Positions 29,277 through 38,509 of a stretch of DNA of 64,000 bases are shown piece by piece. Numbering within the stretch: position 1 is the first letter of the stretch; each line of letters begins with the position of its first letter. The notes beneath the pieces were generated by a model. It worked only from the letters and a program-made list of their open reading frames with translations, did no database searches and was not told the origin of the DNA. A program made the position numbers and the translations under genes. Origin of the DNA: a candidate division FCPU426 bacterium (GTDB lineage: Bacteria > Oederibacteriota > Muellerivitia > Muellerivitales > Muellerivitaceae); NCBI GenBank assembly GCA_963771075.1, contig CAVYSE010000011.1, positions 128,001-192,000 of the forward strand, given 5' to 3'.

Positions 29277-29722
29277 ATGATTCGACATAGAGCCAATAAA
29301 TCCGGGCCCGCACCCCAAAGTTGCCCCTTGGAGGCCAGTTTGAAGCTTTTGGCCGGGGCCTGGACCCCTAAAATTCTATGGTATTTAAGGTCCGAACCCC
29401 GCCGTTTCGGGGATTTAAAACGAGATTTGGGGAGTATTTCAGCCAAGGTTTTGACGACTCGGCTCCGTGAATTGGAAAAAAGGGGGGTTTTGACCCGGAC
29501 GGTCATGCCTACCTCCCCCCCACCGTGGAATATGCCCTCACCGCATTGGGGCACAAGATGGGCCCAGTATTGGATTCAATCGCGGATGTCGGTAAAGAGA
29601 TCTCCAAAGAAAAACCTGTAACCGAAAACGACAAGACTCAAGCGCAAAGGAAAGAAACTTTTATTAAGGTTAGCGATATTGGTTGGGATGTGGCCAAAAC
29701 CAGGGAAATGCCGATCGTTTAA
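29277..29722 (+). CDS. HxlR-family winged-helix regulator, frameshifted in a C7 run (29515-29521)
   Basis: CPLEASL...W, RFGDL, ISAKVLTTRLRELE; adding one C restores SPPTVEYALT; divergent from yceI. Confidence 0.85.
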
Positions 29723-29775
29723 ATAGTGTTTCAAGCCGTATAAGCCGGCATCCTTTAAAGGGTGCCGACTTTTTT

Positions 29776-30987
29776 TTATGGGTCATGCTGAAAAACGACC
29801 GGTTTGGAGGGTTTGTCGATGACTTGAATGGCCCAAGGCGTAGTAATAACCTGAAAGTGATACGAAGATAATTCTTCGATTTGGTAATGGACGATCAAGC
29901 GGTCGGTTCTGTCCTCCAACTTTAAAAGCCGAATGCGATATGCGCCATTCGGGGTTTGACCGTCTCCTAAAAGCACTACCGCTTGTTTTGAAAAATCTAC
30001 TGGGGGCAGATCTTTTCCAGGCTGAAGTTTCATCCAATAATTCTTAAATGTTTCTTCGTCCGATAAAAGGATGGATTCGCCGCTCCCGCCGTCACTACCG
30101 CTCCAACTTTGGGAAGGGAAGCCACCTGAAGTCGTTAAGGGAGCAAATTCGGATGGGGCGGGAGGGACGCCGGATTGAATCGCGCCGACAATGTTGTTCG
30201 CTGGAACGGAAGCGGCCATGACCGTTGAAGCAACGCCCTTCTTCATCGCGAGTCTTGATCGGTTTTGATCATTCATTTCGAAAAGAGTTTCATCCGAAAG
30301 TGATTGCGCCGATTCGCGGGAGGGAGATGCCTCTAATCTTGAACCTGCCAGCGAGGAAAGGTCTTGGGTTTTGGAAGTTGCCCCCGTGGATCCGTTTCCC
30401 CCAAAGGGCTTTGCGGCGGGAACATTGGCCTGGGCCAACATTTTATTTGCCCCTAGGTTCATTCCGACCGATTGCTGTTGGATGGGTGTGTTCTGAATCG
30501 AGATATCTTTAGCTGGATTGGATTCGACTTTATACCTATTCGCGGATTTCGTTCCAAGACGGGGTTCCGAAGGGGAGGACTCTATTTTTTTAAAGGCAGC
30601 CTGGTCCGTAGGTTTGTCATAAATAGATGATGAAAAAGAAGTCTTTTCATTTGGCCTCATCACGTCCGGGTATTGAATTAGGAAAAAGAGGGTCAGGCAG
30701 GCCGCGATTGCCAACCCAATAGCAGGGAATCGCCATTGAGATTTCTTCGCCGTTAAACCGAGGGAATTCTCATGAAGCCGTGTCATGATCCTTTCATGCA
30801 AATCCCTGGGAGGTTGGGGTTCGGGCGGGGAAGACATAGATTTGTGTAATTGATCATAAGCTTCTAGCTCGCCCTGGGCTTCGGCGCAAGTTTTCAGGTG
30901 GGTTTCGACTTGTTTTTGTTGCGCGGGGGTTAAACCTTTTTCCCGGTAGAGCGCCAAAAGCGGATGAATTTTCCCGCAGTTCTTCAT
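29776..30987 (-). CDS. Membrane anti-sigma factor with degenerate zf-HC2 N-terminus and PrcB-like C-terminal domain
   Basis: MKNC...HLKTCAEA, one TM helix, PPVDFSKQAVV..GQTPNGAY; ATGA-coupled to the sigma gene. Confidence 0.75.
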   Translation of the reverse strand: MKNCGKIHPLLALYREKGLTPAQQKQVETHLKTCAEAQGELEAYDQLHKSMSSPPEPQPPRDLHERIMTRLHENSLGLTAKKSQWRFPAIGLAIAACLTLFFLIQYPDVMRPNEKTSFSSSIYDKPTDQAAFKKIESSPSEPRLGTKSANRYKVESNPAKDISIQNTPIQQQSVGMNLGANKMLAQANVPAAKPFGGNGSTGATSKTQDLSSLAGSRLEASPSRESAQSLSDETLFEMNDQNRSRLAMKKGVASTVMAASVPANNIVGAIQSGVPPAPSEFAPLTTSGGFPSQSWSGSDGGSGESILLSDEETFKNYWMKLQPGKDLPPVDFSKQAVVLLGDGQTPNGAYRIRLLKLEDRTDRLIVHYQIEELSSYHFQVITTPWAIQVIDKPSKPVVFQHDP

Positions 30988-31613
30988 AACCAATCCTTCA
31001 GTAGATTCTTCAGTATGGAGCGGCCCCTGGAAATGCGGGATTTCACCGTGCCAATTCCGATTTTCATGACCTGGGCGATTTGTTCATATTCCAAACCTTC
31101 GAAATCCCTTAGAACGACCGCTTCCTTGTATTCCAAAGGGAGGGTTTGAACTGCTCTTTGAATCGCCCCTTTCAATTCATCGCTTTCAACATTTCGTAAT
31201 GCCGTGGGTGATTTCATATCTTCCGCATTTTCTATGGGGTCTCGGCCTTGTTCACCTTTTTCCATGGGCGTGAAGACCTGGAATTTGGAACGGGCGGTTC
31301 GGGAACGCAAAAGATTACGGGATGTATTGGCGGTGATGGCGTAAATCCATGTTTTCAAAGAGCTTTCCCCTCGAAATCGGGGTAGGGCATTGTGTATTTT
31401 TAAAAAAACTTCCTGGGCGACATCGCTTGCGTCCGCCTCATGGTTTAGAAAGCGATAAGCGACCCGATAAACCATGTTTTCGAAATTTTTCACGAGTTTT
31501 TCAAACCCGTCATCTCCCGACAGGGCGGCTTGAATGAGAGCCAGATCCTCATCGTGGGAAATTCCGTTTGAGGAGCCGGTTGAGGAAAAGAACCATGCAT
31601 GAAGATATCTCAA
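30984..31613 (-). CDS. ECF RNA polymerase sigma factor (start uncertain)
   Basis: DASDVAQEVFL, FRGESSLKTWIY, YEQIA, GTVKSRISRGR. Confidence 0.92.
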   Translation of the reverse strand: MRYLHAWFFSSTGSSNGISHDEDLALIQAALSGDDGFEKLVKNFENMVYRVAYRFLNHEADASDVAQEVFLKIHNALPRFRGESSLKTWIYAITANTSRNLLRSRTARSKFQVFTPMEKGEQGRDPIENAEDMKSPTALRNVESDELKGAIQRAVQTLPLEYKEAVVLRDFEGLEYEQIAQVMKIGIGTVKSRISRGRSILKNLLKDWL

Positions 31614-31620
31614 TAGAAGG

Positions 31621-31648
31621 TTTGACATGGGAAAGGGTGAAAAGTTCC
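31621..31648 (-). promoter_or_regulatory. SigmaE-type autoregulatory promoter GGAACTT-N16-TCAAA
   Basis: Match to the RpoE consensus directly upstream of the ECF sigma gene. Confidence 0.8.
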
Positions 31649-31857
31649 CCAAAAAAGTGGAAAACTGGACTTGGGAAAACATAATTTAGTTTAACATATG
31701 AAATAATAAAGCTTGGATGGTTAGAGGAGTGACACTTTGAATAGGTTAGGAACAATGAAGGGGCCTTCAAAGGAGTCCACCTTTTAGTTCTTTTTTCATT
31801 TCCAAAGGGATTTCTAAGACCTTCGAAATAAAAATCTTGAAAAAAAGGAAATTAAAC

Positions 31858-31899
31858 CTGAGATAAGTCATAGGACGTCTATATCGCTAAAGCTACATT
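31858..31899 (+). promoter_or_regulatory. Crp/Fnr-type box CTGAG-ATAA-GTCAT plus -10 TACATT
   Basis: Box 31858-31871; -10 starts at 31894, 29.5 bp from the box centre. Confidence 0.65.
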
Positions 31900-31935
31900 C
31901 AAAGTCATATAATGAAGGTCGTAAGGAGAGAATCC

Positions 31936-32115
31936 ATGCCAAGGAAAAAAGCCACAGAAGAGACCGTGAAGAAGCCGCGTTCATCCCAAAAGAAGGTGAC
32001 CAAGGAAGAAATTGAAACCTTGGCCTATTATAAGTGGTTGGAAAGGGGATGCCCTCAAGATGATCCGAATATTGATTGGCTCGCCGCAGAAAAAGAATTG
32101 AATTCCAAATCTTGA
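31936..32115 (+). CDS. DUF2934 domain protein
   Basis: IETLAYYKWLERG....DWLAAEKEL; AAGGAG RBS. Confidence 0.85.
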   Translation: MPRKKATEETVKKPRSSQKKVTKEEIETLAYYKWLERGCPQDDPNIDWLAAEKELNSKS

Positions 32116-32194
32116 TGGCAAAAAAGAATTGAGTTTGATTTTCAACGCTTGCGACAAAATCATTGTATGTTTTTAAGGCAATAAATTTTTTTAA

Positions 32195-32236
32195 CTGATT
32201 TAAATCATATTCCGAAGCAACTTAGAGTCGTATATT
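32195..32236 (+). promoter_or_regulatory. Crp/Fnr-type box CTGAT-TTAA-ATCAT plus -10 TATATT
   Basis: Box 32195-32208; -10 at 32231 (29.5 bp). Confidence 0.65.
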
Positions 32237-32242
32237 CACACT

Positions 32243-32357
32243 CGGTAGGTGGTTCTTGAAATGGCACCAATGAGGTGCCAACGGGGTCAAACCCGGCGTG
32301 GTAAGAAAAGAACCTCCTCCAAGACCCTGGGTGGCTCCCCTACCTGGGGTTTTTTAT
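32243..32357 (+). ncRNA. Candidate structured sRNA (three-stem junction plus intrinsic terminator)
   Basis: P1 32244-57/32308-20, P2 32262-68/32274-80, P3 32282-85/32292-95, terminator 32324-50 plus U-run; own promoter upstream. Confidence 0.6.
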
Positions 32358-32402
32358 TTTCCGGGACTTTTTACGTTGGCTAGGTGCGAAATTAAAATGG
32401 AA

Positions 32403-33503
32403 TCAGGCGGGCTGGTAAGCGCAAAAGGGGTCCGCTCCCATGATGTCGCCCGTTAATGCATAGGCTCTTGCTCTCGACCCGCCGCAATGGTACCGGTATT
32501 CACACCGGCCGCATTTCCCTTTCAAAGAATCCGAATCTCTCAAGGTTTTAAACATCTCGTTTTCTTGGTAGATCTTGGAGAGGGGTTCAGTTTTGACGTT
32601 CCCTCCGGGTATCGGAAGAAATCCGCTTGGGCAAATCTCGCCAATATGGGAGATAAACACGAAGCCGCGGCCATCATTTACGCCCAAGGCAGCCCGGATC
32701 AGCCCAGGGCTTGTTCCGGCTTTCATTGCCTTTTCGAGTTCCTCCGGTTTCACCCCGGACCGTTGCAAAATGATGCGGCGGAAATGATGGGCTTCCGTTG
32801 TTTTAATATCAAACCAACCTTCCTTCAAAATGTCATAAAGCTGGTTCAAAACAACCTCGGATTCGCCCGCCGTGAGGGCCTGTTTTTTATCAGCTCGGCC
32901 TGTGGGGACGAGAAAGAAGACGGACCAACGCTCAATGGCATAATCGCGGATGACCTTGGCGATTTCCCAAATCTGGTCCTGATTATGCCGGGAGACGGTG
33001 GTGTTTACCTGAAGCTTGATTCCCAAGTCCTTAAGCCAGCCCATGGTTTCAACGCATCGGGCGAAAGTTCCCGGTATTCCGCGGAAGGTGTCGTGGGTGT
33101 TAGCGTCCGACCCGTCAATTGAGATGGAAACCCGGTTCAGGCCGGCTTTCTGCAACTCTTTCAATTTTTCAAGCGTAAGCAAGGGGGTGACCGAAGGTGC
33201 CAGCGCGAAGGTTAACTCCCGTTTCGAGCATTCCTGTATAAGCAAGGGAAGGTCATCCCTTTTTAGTGGGTCCCCGCCCGTGATCACAAAAAGGGGGATT
33301 TTCCATTCGGCGATTTGTCGGATGAGATCGAGGGCTTGGGGGGTGTCCAATTCCCCGGGGTAGGGTTTGGATTCGGCGCTGGCGCGGCAATGGACGCAGG
33401 CAAGGTCGCAGGCCCGGGTGGCCTCCCAAATGGCGATGAATGGTTTTTCCGAGTAACGATGGTTGGGTTTAGGACTAATGCCAACGTTAGGATGGTTATT
33501 CAT
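32403..33503 (-). CDS. Radical SAM/SPASM protein (NirJ/AhbD-like, TIGR04053-type)
   Basis: WEATRACDLACVHCRA, TGGDPL, FLVPTGR, GKCGRCEYRYHCGGSRARAY...DPFC. Confidence 0.9.
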   Translation of the reverse strand: MNNHPNVGISPKPNHRYSEKPFIAIWEATRACDLACVHCRASAESKPYPGELDTPQALDLIRQIAEWKIPLFVITGGDPLKRDDLPLLIQECSKRELTFALAPSVTPLLTLEKLKELQKAGLNRVSISIDGSDANTHDTFRGIPGTFARCVETMGWLKDLGIKLQVNTTVSRHNQDQIWEIAKVIRDYAIERWSVFFLVPTGRADKKQALTAGESEVVLNQLYDILKEGWFDIKTTEAHHFRRIILQRSGVKPEELEKAMKAGTSPGLIRAALGVNDGRGFVFISHIGEICPSGFLPIPGGNVKTEPLSKIYQENEMFKTLRDSDSLKGKCGRCEYRYHCGGSRARAYALTGDIMGADPFCAYQPA

Positions 33504-33597
33504 TTTCTCCCCTTAAAATTGTTCAAGACCAGTTTGGTTGAATTCATCAGGCGAAAAACAAGGAAGACACCTACCAGAATTACTCGACCTTTACGCT

Positions 33598-33639
33598 ATT
33601 GTATAGCCGTAATTGAATAGGGGTTATGACAAGGGCCAT
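33598..33639 (-). promoter_or_regulatory. Crp/Fnr-type box (ATGAC-AAGG-GCCAT on +) plus -10 TACAAT for the radical SAM gene
   Basis: Box 33626-33639; -10 at 33603-33598 (29.5 bp). Confidence 0.7.
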
Positions 33640-33778
33640 CTTTCCTGGCACCTGCACGATAATTCCGTTTATTTTATAACTTCCACACTGGAACTCAATC
33701 GATGTTTGAGGTTATATCTATTCCTGGGTCTCCTTTACTCAAATGAAGTTGTGTTTCAGGTATTGCCGAAATGCGATT

Positions 33779-33820
33779 ATGACACCTCTCATAACCGGGG
33801 TTTGATTTCTTGAATAATAT
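33779..33820 (+). promoter_or_regulatory. Crp/Fnr-type box ATGAC-ACCT-CTCAT plus -10 TAATAT
   Basis: Box 33779-33792 with TT/AA flanks; -10 at 33815 (29.5 bp). Confidence 0.75.
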
Positions 33821-33877
33821 CAGTCGTGGGCAGGCGGTAGGCCACAAATGGATGGAATTTAAAATCTAAGGGGAAAA

Positions 33878-34288
33878 ATGAGTTTGATCGATTGGAAGGA
33901 CAATTACAGTGTTGAGATCGTTGAAATAGACCATCAACATCAGGGTTTTTTCCGACTGATCAACGGTCTTTATGACGCCCTGATCGAGGAAAAAGAAAAG
34001 GATTCTTTAGGGGCGATCATCCTTGAGTTGGAAGCCTACGCGAAAAATCACTTCAAAACCGAAGAAGACTACTTTATCGAATGGGATTTTCCCGGTGCGG
34101 AAAAACACCGGTTGGAGCATGAGACCTTTACTCGAAACTTGGCCCGGTTTAAAGCCGGGTTCGAGTCGGGTGTCCAAATCGGCATTTCGGTTCAGTTATT
34201 GAGTTTTCTCAGTGCCTGGTTGAAAAACCATATTTTGGTCAGCGACCATCAATACGCCGATTTTATAAAGCAAAAAGCCGTGAAATAA
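33878..34288 (+). CDS. Bacteriohemerythrin
   Basis: W...YSV...IDHQH, HFKTEE, HRLEH, WLKNHILVSD. Confidence 0.95.
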   Translation: MSLIDWKDNYSVEIVEIDHQHQGFFRLINGLYDALIEEKEKDSLGAIILELEAYAKNHFKTEEDYFIEWDFPGAEKHRLEHETFTRNLARFKAGFESGVQIGISVQLLSFLSAWLKNHILVSDHQYADFIKQKAVK

Positions 34289-34361
34289 ACCGGACCATTT
34301 ATTTCACTGAATTTCCATTGATTCCAGCGCGTAAATCCTCGCCATCGGCTTTAATGTTTTT

Positions 34362-35036
34362 ATGAACAGTCCCTCTGAATCACCCCTTTTGAATGTCCTT
34401 TTCGAGAATGAGGATCTCATTGCCGTCGATAAACCCGTCGGGCAAACGGTAATCCCGGCGCGGAATCAAAAGGATATCCTTCCTCCCCTTGTGGAAATGG
34501 TCTCAAAAAAAATAGGAAAAAAAGCCAATGTGGTTCACCGGTTGGACCAAGACACCAGCGGAATCGTGGTATTCGGGAAGAACGCCCAAACCCATCGGGA
34601 ACTCTGCCTTCTCTGGGAAAAAAGAGAAGTCGTTAAGTTATATAAGGCCCTAGTTTGGGGAAAGGTTTCTTCCGGGGAAGGAATAATCGATCATCCTTTG
34701 CGACCTTTTGGTTCGGGCCGTATGGGGGTCGATCCAAACGGAAAGAAAAGTCAAACCCGATATCGGTTACTTCAAAGGGGGACAGGGTCTTCCTTATTGG
34801 AGGTGGAGCCCTGGACCGGGCGACGACATCAAATAAGGGTCCATTTTTATCACTTAGGGTTCCCTGTGATGGGGGATCCGCTTTACGGTCAGGAAAGGCC
34901 GGTGGGAGGTGTGTCCCGGCTTATGCTTCATGCCTATCAGTTGGTCATCCCCCTTCGGGGCCAGACATTGACGATCAATTGCGAGCCAGGAAAAGATTTT
35001 GTCAAAATCTTAAATGAAAACACAGAAATGAAATAA
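34362..35036 (+). CDS. RluA-family pseudouridine synthase
   Basis: VDKPVG, VHRLDQDTSG, TGRRHQIRVH, GDPLYG, LHAY. Confidence 0.93.
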   Translation: MNSPSESPLLNVLFENEDLIAVDKPVGQTVIPARNQKDILPPLVEMVSKKIGKKANVVHRLDQDTSGIVVFGKNAQTHRELCLLWEKREVVKLYKALVWGKVSSGEGIIDHPLRPFGSGRMGVDPNGKKSQTRYRLLQRGTGSSLLEVEPWTGRRHQIRVHFYHLGFPVMGDPLYGQERPVGGVSRLMLHAYQLVIPLRGQTLTINCEPGKDFVKILNENTEMK

Positions 35037-35128
35037 GCCTCCCCTTTTTATAATCAACCCCTTTGTAATCGAAAACCCTTGGTCAAACATACAAGAAGAT
35101 CTGCGGATGAACTATAAAAAGGGCCGTT

Positions 35129-35170
35129 ATGACTTAAGTCATGAATCTTTGTGAGGCGACCCCCTACCCT
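35129..35170 (+). promoter_or_regulatory. Crp/Fnr-type box ATGAC-TTAA-GTCAT plus -10 TACCCT
   Basis: Perfect palindrome 35129-35142; -10-like TAnnnT at 35165 (29.5 bp). Confidence 0.8.
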
Positions 35171-35229
35171 AAAGTGTGTAAGGATCAGAACCGGACGGTT
35201 TGGGAACAGTCCCATCCCTAGGAGAATGA

Positions 35230-35967
35230 ATGAAAATCAGTCCCGATTGGACGGTTCGGGAAGTCGCTTCGCAAATCCAAGCTTCCATTCCGCTTTTTGA
35301 ATCGCTTCATATTGACTATTGTTGCAATGGCCAACAAACATTGAAAGAGGCCTGTGTTACTTTGGAAATCCCCGTGGAAAAAGTCTTGGATTCGCTAGAG
35401 CGCATGGTGAACAAAACCCCCTCCAATCCAGATGCGCCCAACCCATGGGCTAAAAAAAGTATTCCGGAGCTTATTGACCATATCCTGGAAATCCATCACC
35501 CATTCACGCGAGTCCAGCTCAATCGATTGATGAAATTGTCCGAAAAGGTTTCGCGCCTACATGCGGTCCGCCATCCCGAATTGATCCAATTGAACGGTTT
35601 GTTGGTCAAAATGGCCGAGGAGTTGGAAAGCCACATGGTGAAGGAAGAAGAAGTGGTTTTCCCCTGCCTCCGGAAACTTTGGGATTCGAGGCGAAAGAGA
35701 AAAAAATTGGAAAATCCTTTTTTCCAAGGGGGGCAGGAAGATCCGGTCCATGTACTCGTCTGGGAACATGGAATGACAGGGGAGGAATGGCAAGAAATCC
35801 ACCGTTTAACCAAAGATTACACCACGCCCGCGGATGCTTGCGTGTCCTATCGGTCCCTGTACCAGGGGTTGAAAGAGCTGGAGGATGATTTGCACCGGCA
35901 CATTCACCTGGAAAATAACATCCTATTTTACCGTCTCCAGCAATTGGGACTTTTGGGCTCCCTTTGA
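35230..35967 (+). CDS. ric: Iron-sulfur cluster repair di-iron protein (Ric/YtfE/ScdA)
   Basis: IDYCCNG, HILEIHH, HMVKEE..FP, EH, TPADAC, HIHLENNILF. Confidence 0.93.
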   Translation: MKISPDWTVREVASQIQASIPLFESLHIDYCCNGQQTLKEACVTLEIPVEKVLDSLERMVNKTPSNPDAPNPWAKKSIPELIDHILEIHHPFTRVQLNRLMKLSEKVSRLHAVRHPELIQLNGLLVKMAEELESHMVKEEEVVFPCLRKLWDSRRKRKKLENPFFQGGQEDPVHVLVWEHGMTGEEWQEIHRLTKDYTTPADACVSYRSLYQGLKELEDDLHRHIHLENNILFYRLQQLGLLGSL

Positions 35968-36007
35968 TTCATCCGAAGCGACAACTCAAGAAAGGCTGCT
36001 TTTTCAA

Positions 36008-36787
36008 ATGATGACCATGAATCAAATGGACCTAAGGGGGATTGCCCACGGCTGGGAGCAAAAAATCCTTTCCGCTTTTGATGGTTTGAACGAGGGACAA
36101 GCGTTGGAAATCCTCGTGGATTGGGACCCAACCCCACTACATTTCCTGTTATTGAAGGAAAGAACCAGGCTTTTCCGATGGGAAAACCGGGAAAAAAAAC
36201 CGGATCATTGGAAGATCCGCCTCCTGCGAGTGGCGCATGGATTGGGGGAAGCCCCGGCCTCGGAACCGCCGGTTTTGACTCCCCGGCCTAACATCAGCCC
36301 GCGACCCGCCTGGATTGACGATTTGAACCCTTCCTGTGGACTTTTTTTGGACATTCGACCCCTTACTGAGAAAGGGCTGGACCCCTTTCAAATGATTGTC
36401 CAATCGGCGAAAGAGTTAAAACCCGGCCAACACCTGCACTTGGTCCAAAATGAGCAGCCGGAGTCTTTTATTTGTGCCCTGGGTCGGTTAGGGTATGAGG
36501 GGTTTGCCGAAATGAAAGGCGGGGTTTGGAACGCCTATTTCCGAAAGGGTAAGATTCCGCCCACCGGCCAACCGGTAATGGAACTGGATGTGAGACGGTT
36601 GACGCCGCCCCTTCCACTATTGAAGGTGCTGGAATCCCTTCCCTTGATCTCATCGGAAGGCGTTTTGAAGGTATTCTTCCCAAATCGCCCGGATAGTTTG
36701 ATCGAGAAACTCCAGGCGCATGGTTTTGAGGTGAAGTGGGAAGCTTCCGAGGGTGGGGCGTTTGTACTTTGGATATGGAAAAAATAA
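36008..36787 (+). CDS. DUF2249/TusA-like repeat protein
   Basis: Three modules starting MDLRG, LDIRP and LDVRRL..P.P. Confidence 0.75.
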   Translation: MMTMNQMDLRGIAHGWEQKILSAFDGLNEGQALEILVDWDPTPLHFLLLKERTRLFRWENREKKPDHWKIRLLRVAHGLGEAPASEPPVLTPRPNISPRPAWIDDLNPSCGLFLDIRPLTEKGLDPFQMIVQSAKELKPGQHLHLVQNEQPESFICALGRLGYEGFAEMKGGVWNAYFRKGKIPPTGQPVMELDVRRLTPPLPLLKVLESLPLISSEGVLKVFFPNRPDSLIEKLQAHGFEVKWEASEGGAFVLWIWKK

Positions 36788-36886
36788 TCCAAAACCAGCG
36801 AAAGCTGAGTACCGATGTATGCCGGCGTGAATCGACGGGCCATGAACGGTCCTTGGATTCATGAACAATGTTGATTGGGAGCGACG

Positions 36887-38326
36887 ATGACAGAACCGAT
36901 GATTATTCAGGGAGGAATGGGCGCCGGGGTTTCCAATTGGGTCTTGGCCCGCGCGGTTTCCCAGACAGGCCAGATGGGGGTGGTTTCCGGAACCGCTTTG
37001 GATTCGATTATGGTCCGCCGGTTGCAAACCGGCGATATGGATGGAGCCATGCGACGGGCCCTGGTCGCCTTTCCCGACCCTGCCGTGGCCAAGCGCATTT
37101 TGGACCGTTATTTCATTCCCGGCGGCAAAAAAGATCATGAGCCTTTTCGATTGATCCCCATGTTCACCCTTACTCCGCCGAAAGAACTGGTGGAACTCAA
37201 TGTGGCCGCCAATTTCGCGGAAGTTTGGCTCGCGAAGGAAGGGCACTCGGGCAAGGTCGGCATCAATTTCCTTGAAAAGATTCAAATGCCCCTCCTTTCC
37301 TGCATCTATGGGGCCCTGTTGGCGAACGTGGATTATGTCCTCGTGGGCGCGGGCATTCCCCGGGCCATTCCGGCGATCCTCGATAAGTTGTCCCAGCATG
37401 AGGATGCCTCCATGAAGATCTATGTCCAGGGTGCCTCCGCTGAGGAGGAAAGCATCATGACCTTTCGCCCCCGGGATATCCTGTCGGAGATAGGCGAGGC
37501 GCTCAAGCGGCCCCGGTTTCTGGCCATCATCGCCTCGGAGGTCTTGGCCCTAACGCTTGCCAAGAAGTCCACGGGCAAGGTGGACGGCTTCGTAGTGGAA
37601 GGCCCCACGGCCGGGGGGCATAACGCCCCGCCTCGCGGGCCCCTCCAGCTCAATGACAGGGGAGAACCGCTTTATGGGGTCAAGGATGAGGTGGACCTGC
37701 AGAAGATCAAGGCCATCGGCCTTCCCTTTTGGGTGGCGGGTTCCATGGCCGACCCGGCTAAGCTCAACGCGGCTTTGGAAGCCGGTGCGGCGGGCCTGCA
37801 GGTGGGGTCCGTGTTCGCTTATTGCGAGGAATCAGGCCTCGCCGACTGGATCAAAAAAAAGGTGATCGAGGGTTTGCGGGCGGGATGGGTGCATGTTTTT
37901 ACCGACCCCAAGGCCTCCCCAACGGGTTTTCCCTTCAAGGTGGTGAATGTCCCTGGGACCAATTCCGAATTAGGGGATTATCAAAAGCGAAAACGTATCT
38001 GCGACCTGGGATACTTGCGGAGCCTTTATAAGCGGAAAGACGGAACTCCGGGTTACCGTTGCGCCAGCGAACCCCACGAAGCCTATCTGCAAAAGCAGGG
38101 TGAAATGGCCAACACGGAGGGTCGCAAATGCCTTTGCAACGGTTTAATGTCCAATATCGACTTGTCCCAATCCCAGAAGGATGGGAGCGTAGAACGGGCG
38201 CTCGTTACTTCCGGTGACGATGTGGGCAGGATCCTGAATTTCCTCAAGGGCGGCAAGGAATCCTATTCGGCCATCGAGGTGGTCGAGTATCTCCTGGGTT
38301 CCCGGATTCCCGCGGCGGCGGTTTAA
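36887..38326 (+). CDS. Nitronate monooxygenase-family flavoprotein
   Basis: IIQGGMGAGVS, EGPTAGGHN, QVGS, ASPTGFPFK, KCLCNGL. Confidence 0.88.
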   Translation: MTEPMIIQGGMGAGVSNWVLARAVSQTGQMGVVSGTALDSIMVRRLQTGDMDGAMRRALVAFPDPAVAKRILDRYFIPGGKKDHEPFRLIPMFTLTPPKELVELNVAANFAEVWLAKEGHSGKVGINFLEKIQMPLLSCIYGALLANVDYVLVGAGIPRAIPAILDKLSQHEDASMKIYVQGASAEEESIMTFRPRDILSEIGEALKRPRFLAIIASEVLALTLAKKSTGKVDGFVVEGPTAGGHNAPPRGPLQLNDRGEPLYGVKDEVDLQKIKAIGLPFWVAGSMADPAKLNAALEAGAAGLQVGSVFAYCEESGLADWIKKKVIEGLRAGWVHVFTDPKASPTGFPFKVVNVPGTNSELGDYQKRKRICDLGYLRSLYKRKDGTPGYRCASEPHEAYLQKQGEMANTEGRKCLCNGLMSNIDLSQSQKDGSVERALVTSGDDVGRILNFLKGGKESYSAIEVVEYLLGSRIPAAAV

Positions 38327-38364
38327 TCGGCCTTCTCCATGAGGGACTCAAAAGTGACTTAATT

Positions 38365-38406
38365 ATGACAGGGGTCATGTGGCGCCCCGGTACCGGGGAC
38401 CATAAT
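38365..38406 (+). promoter_or_regulatory. Crp/Fnr-type box ATGAC-AGGG-GTCAT plus -10 CATAAT
   Basis: Box 38365-38378; -10 at 38401 (29.5 bp). Confidence 0.8.
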
Positions 38407-38509
38407 CAAATCCAACTTCGCCGATTGGTTTTTGTAAGTTGAAGTTTTGCCCCGCGTCGAAACAATTTGGGGGGAACCTTTTAAGTCGCGTGTTGGGGAT
38501 CAAACGAAC

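Noticed and set aside
32261..32383. 40-codon ORF MAPMRCQRGQ... inside the candidate sRNA
   Set aside because: It runs through the intrinsic terminator and its RBS-like AGGTGG is buried in stem P1; kept only as an alternative.
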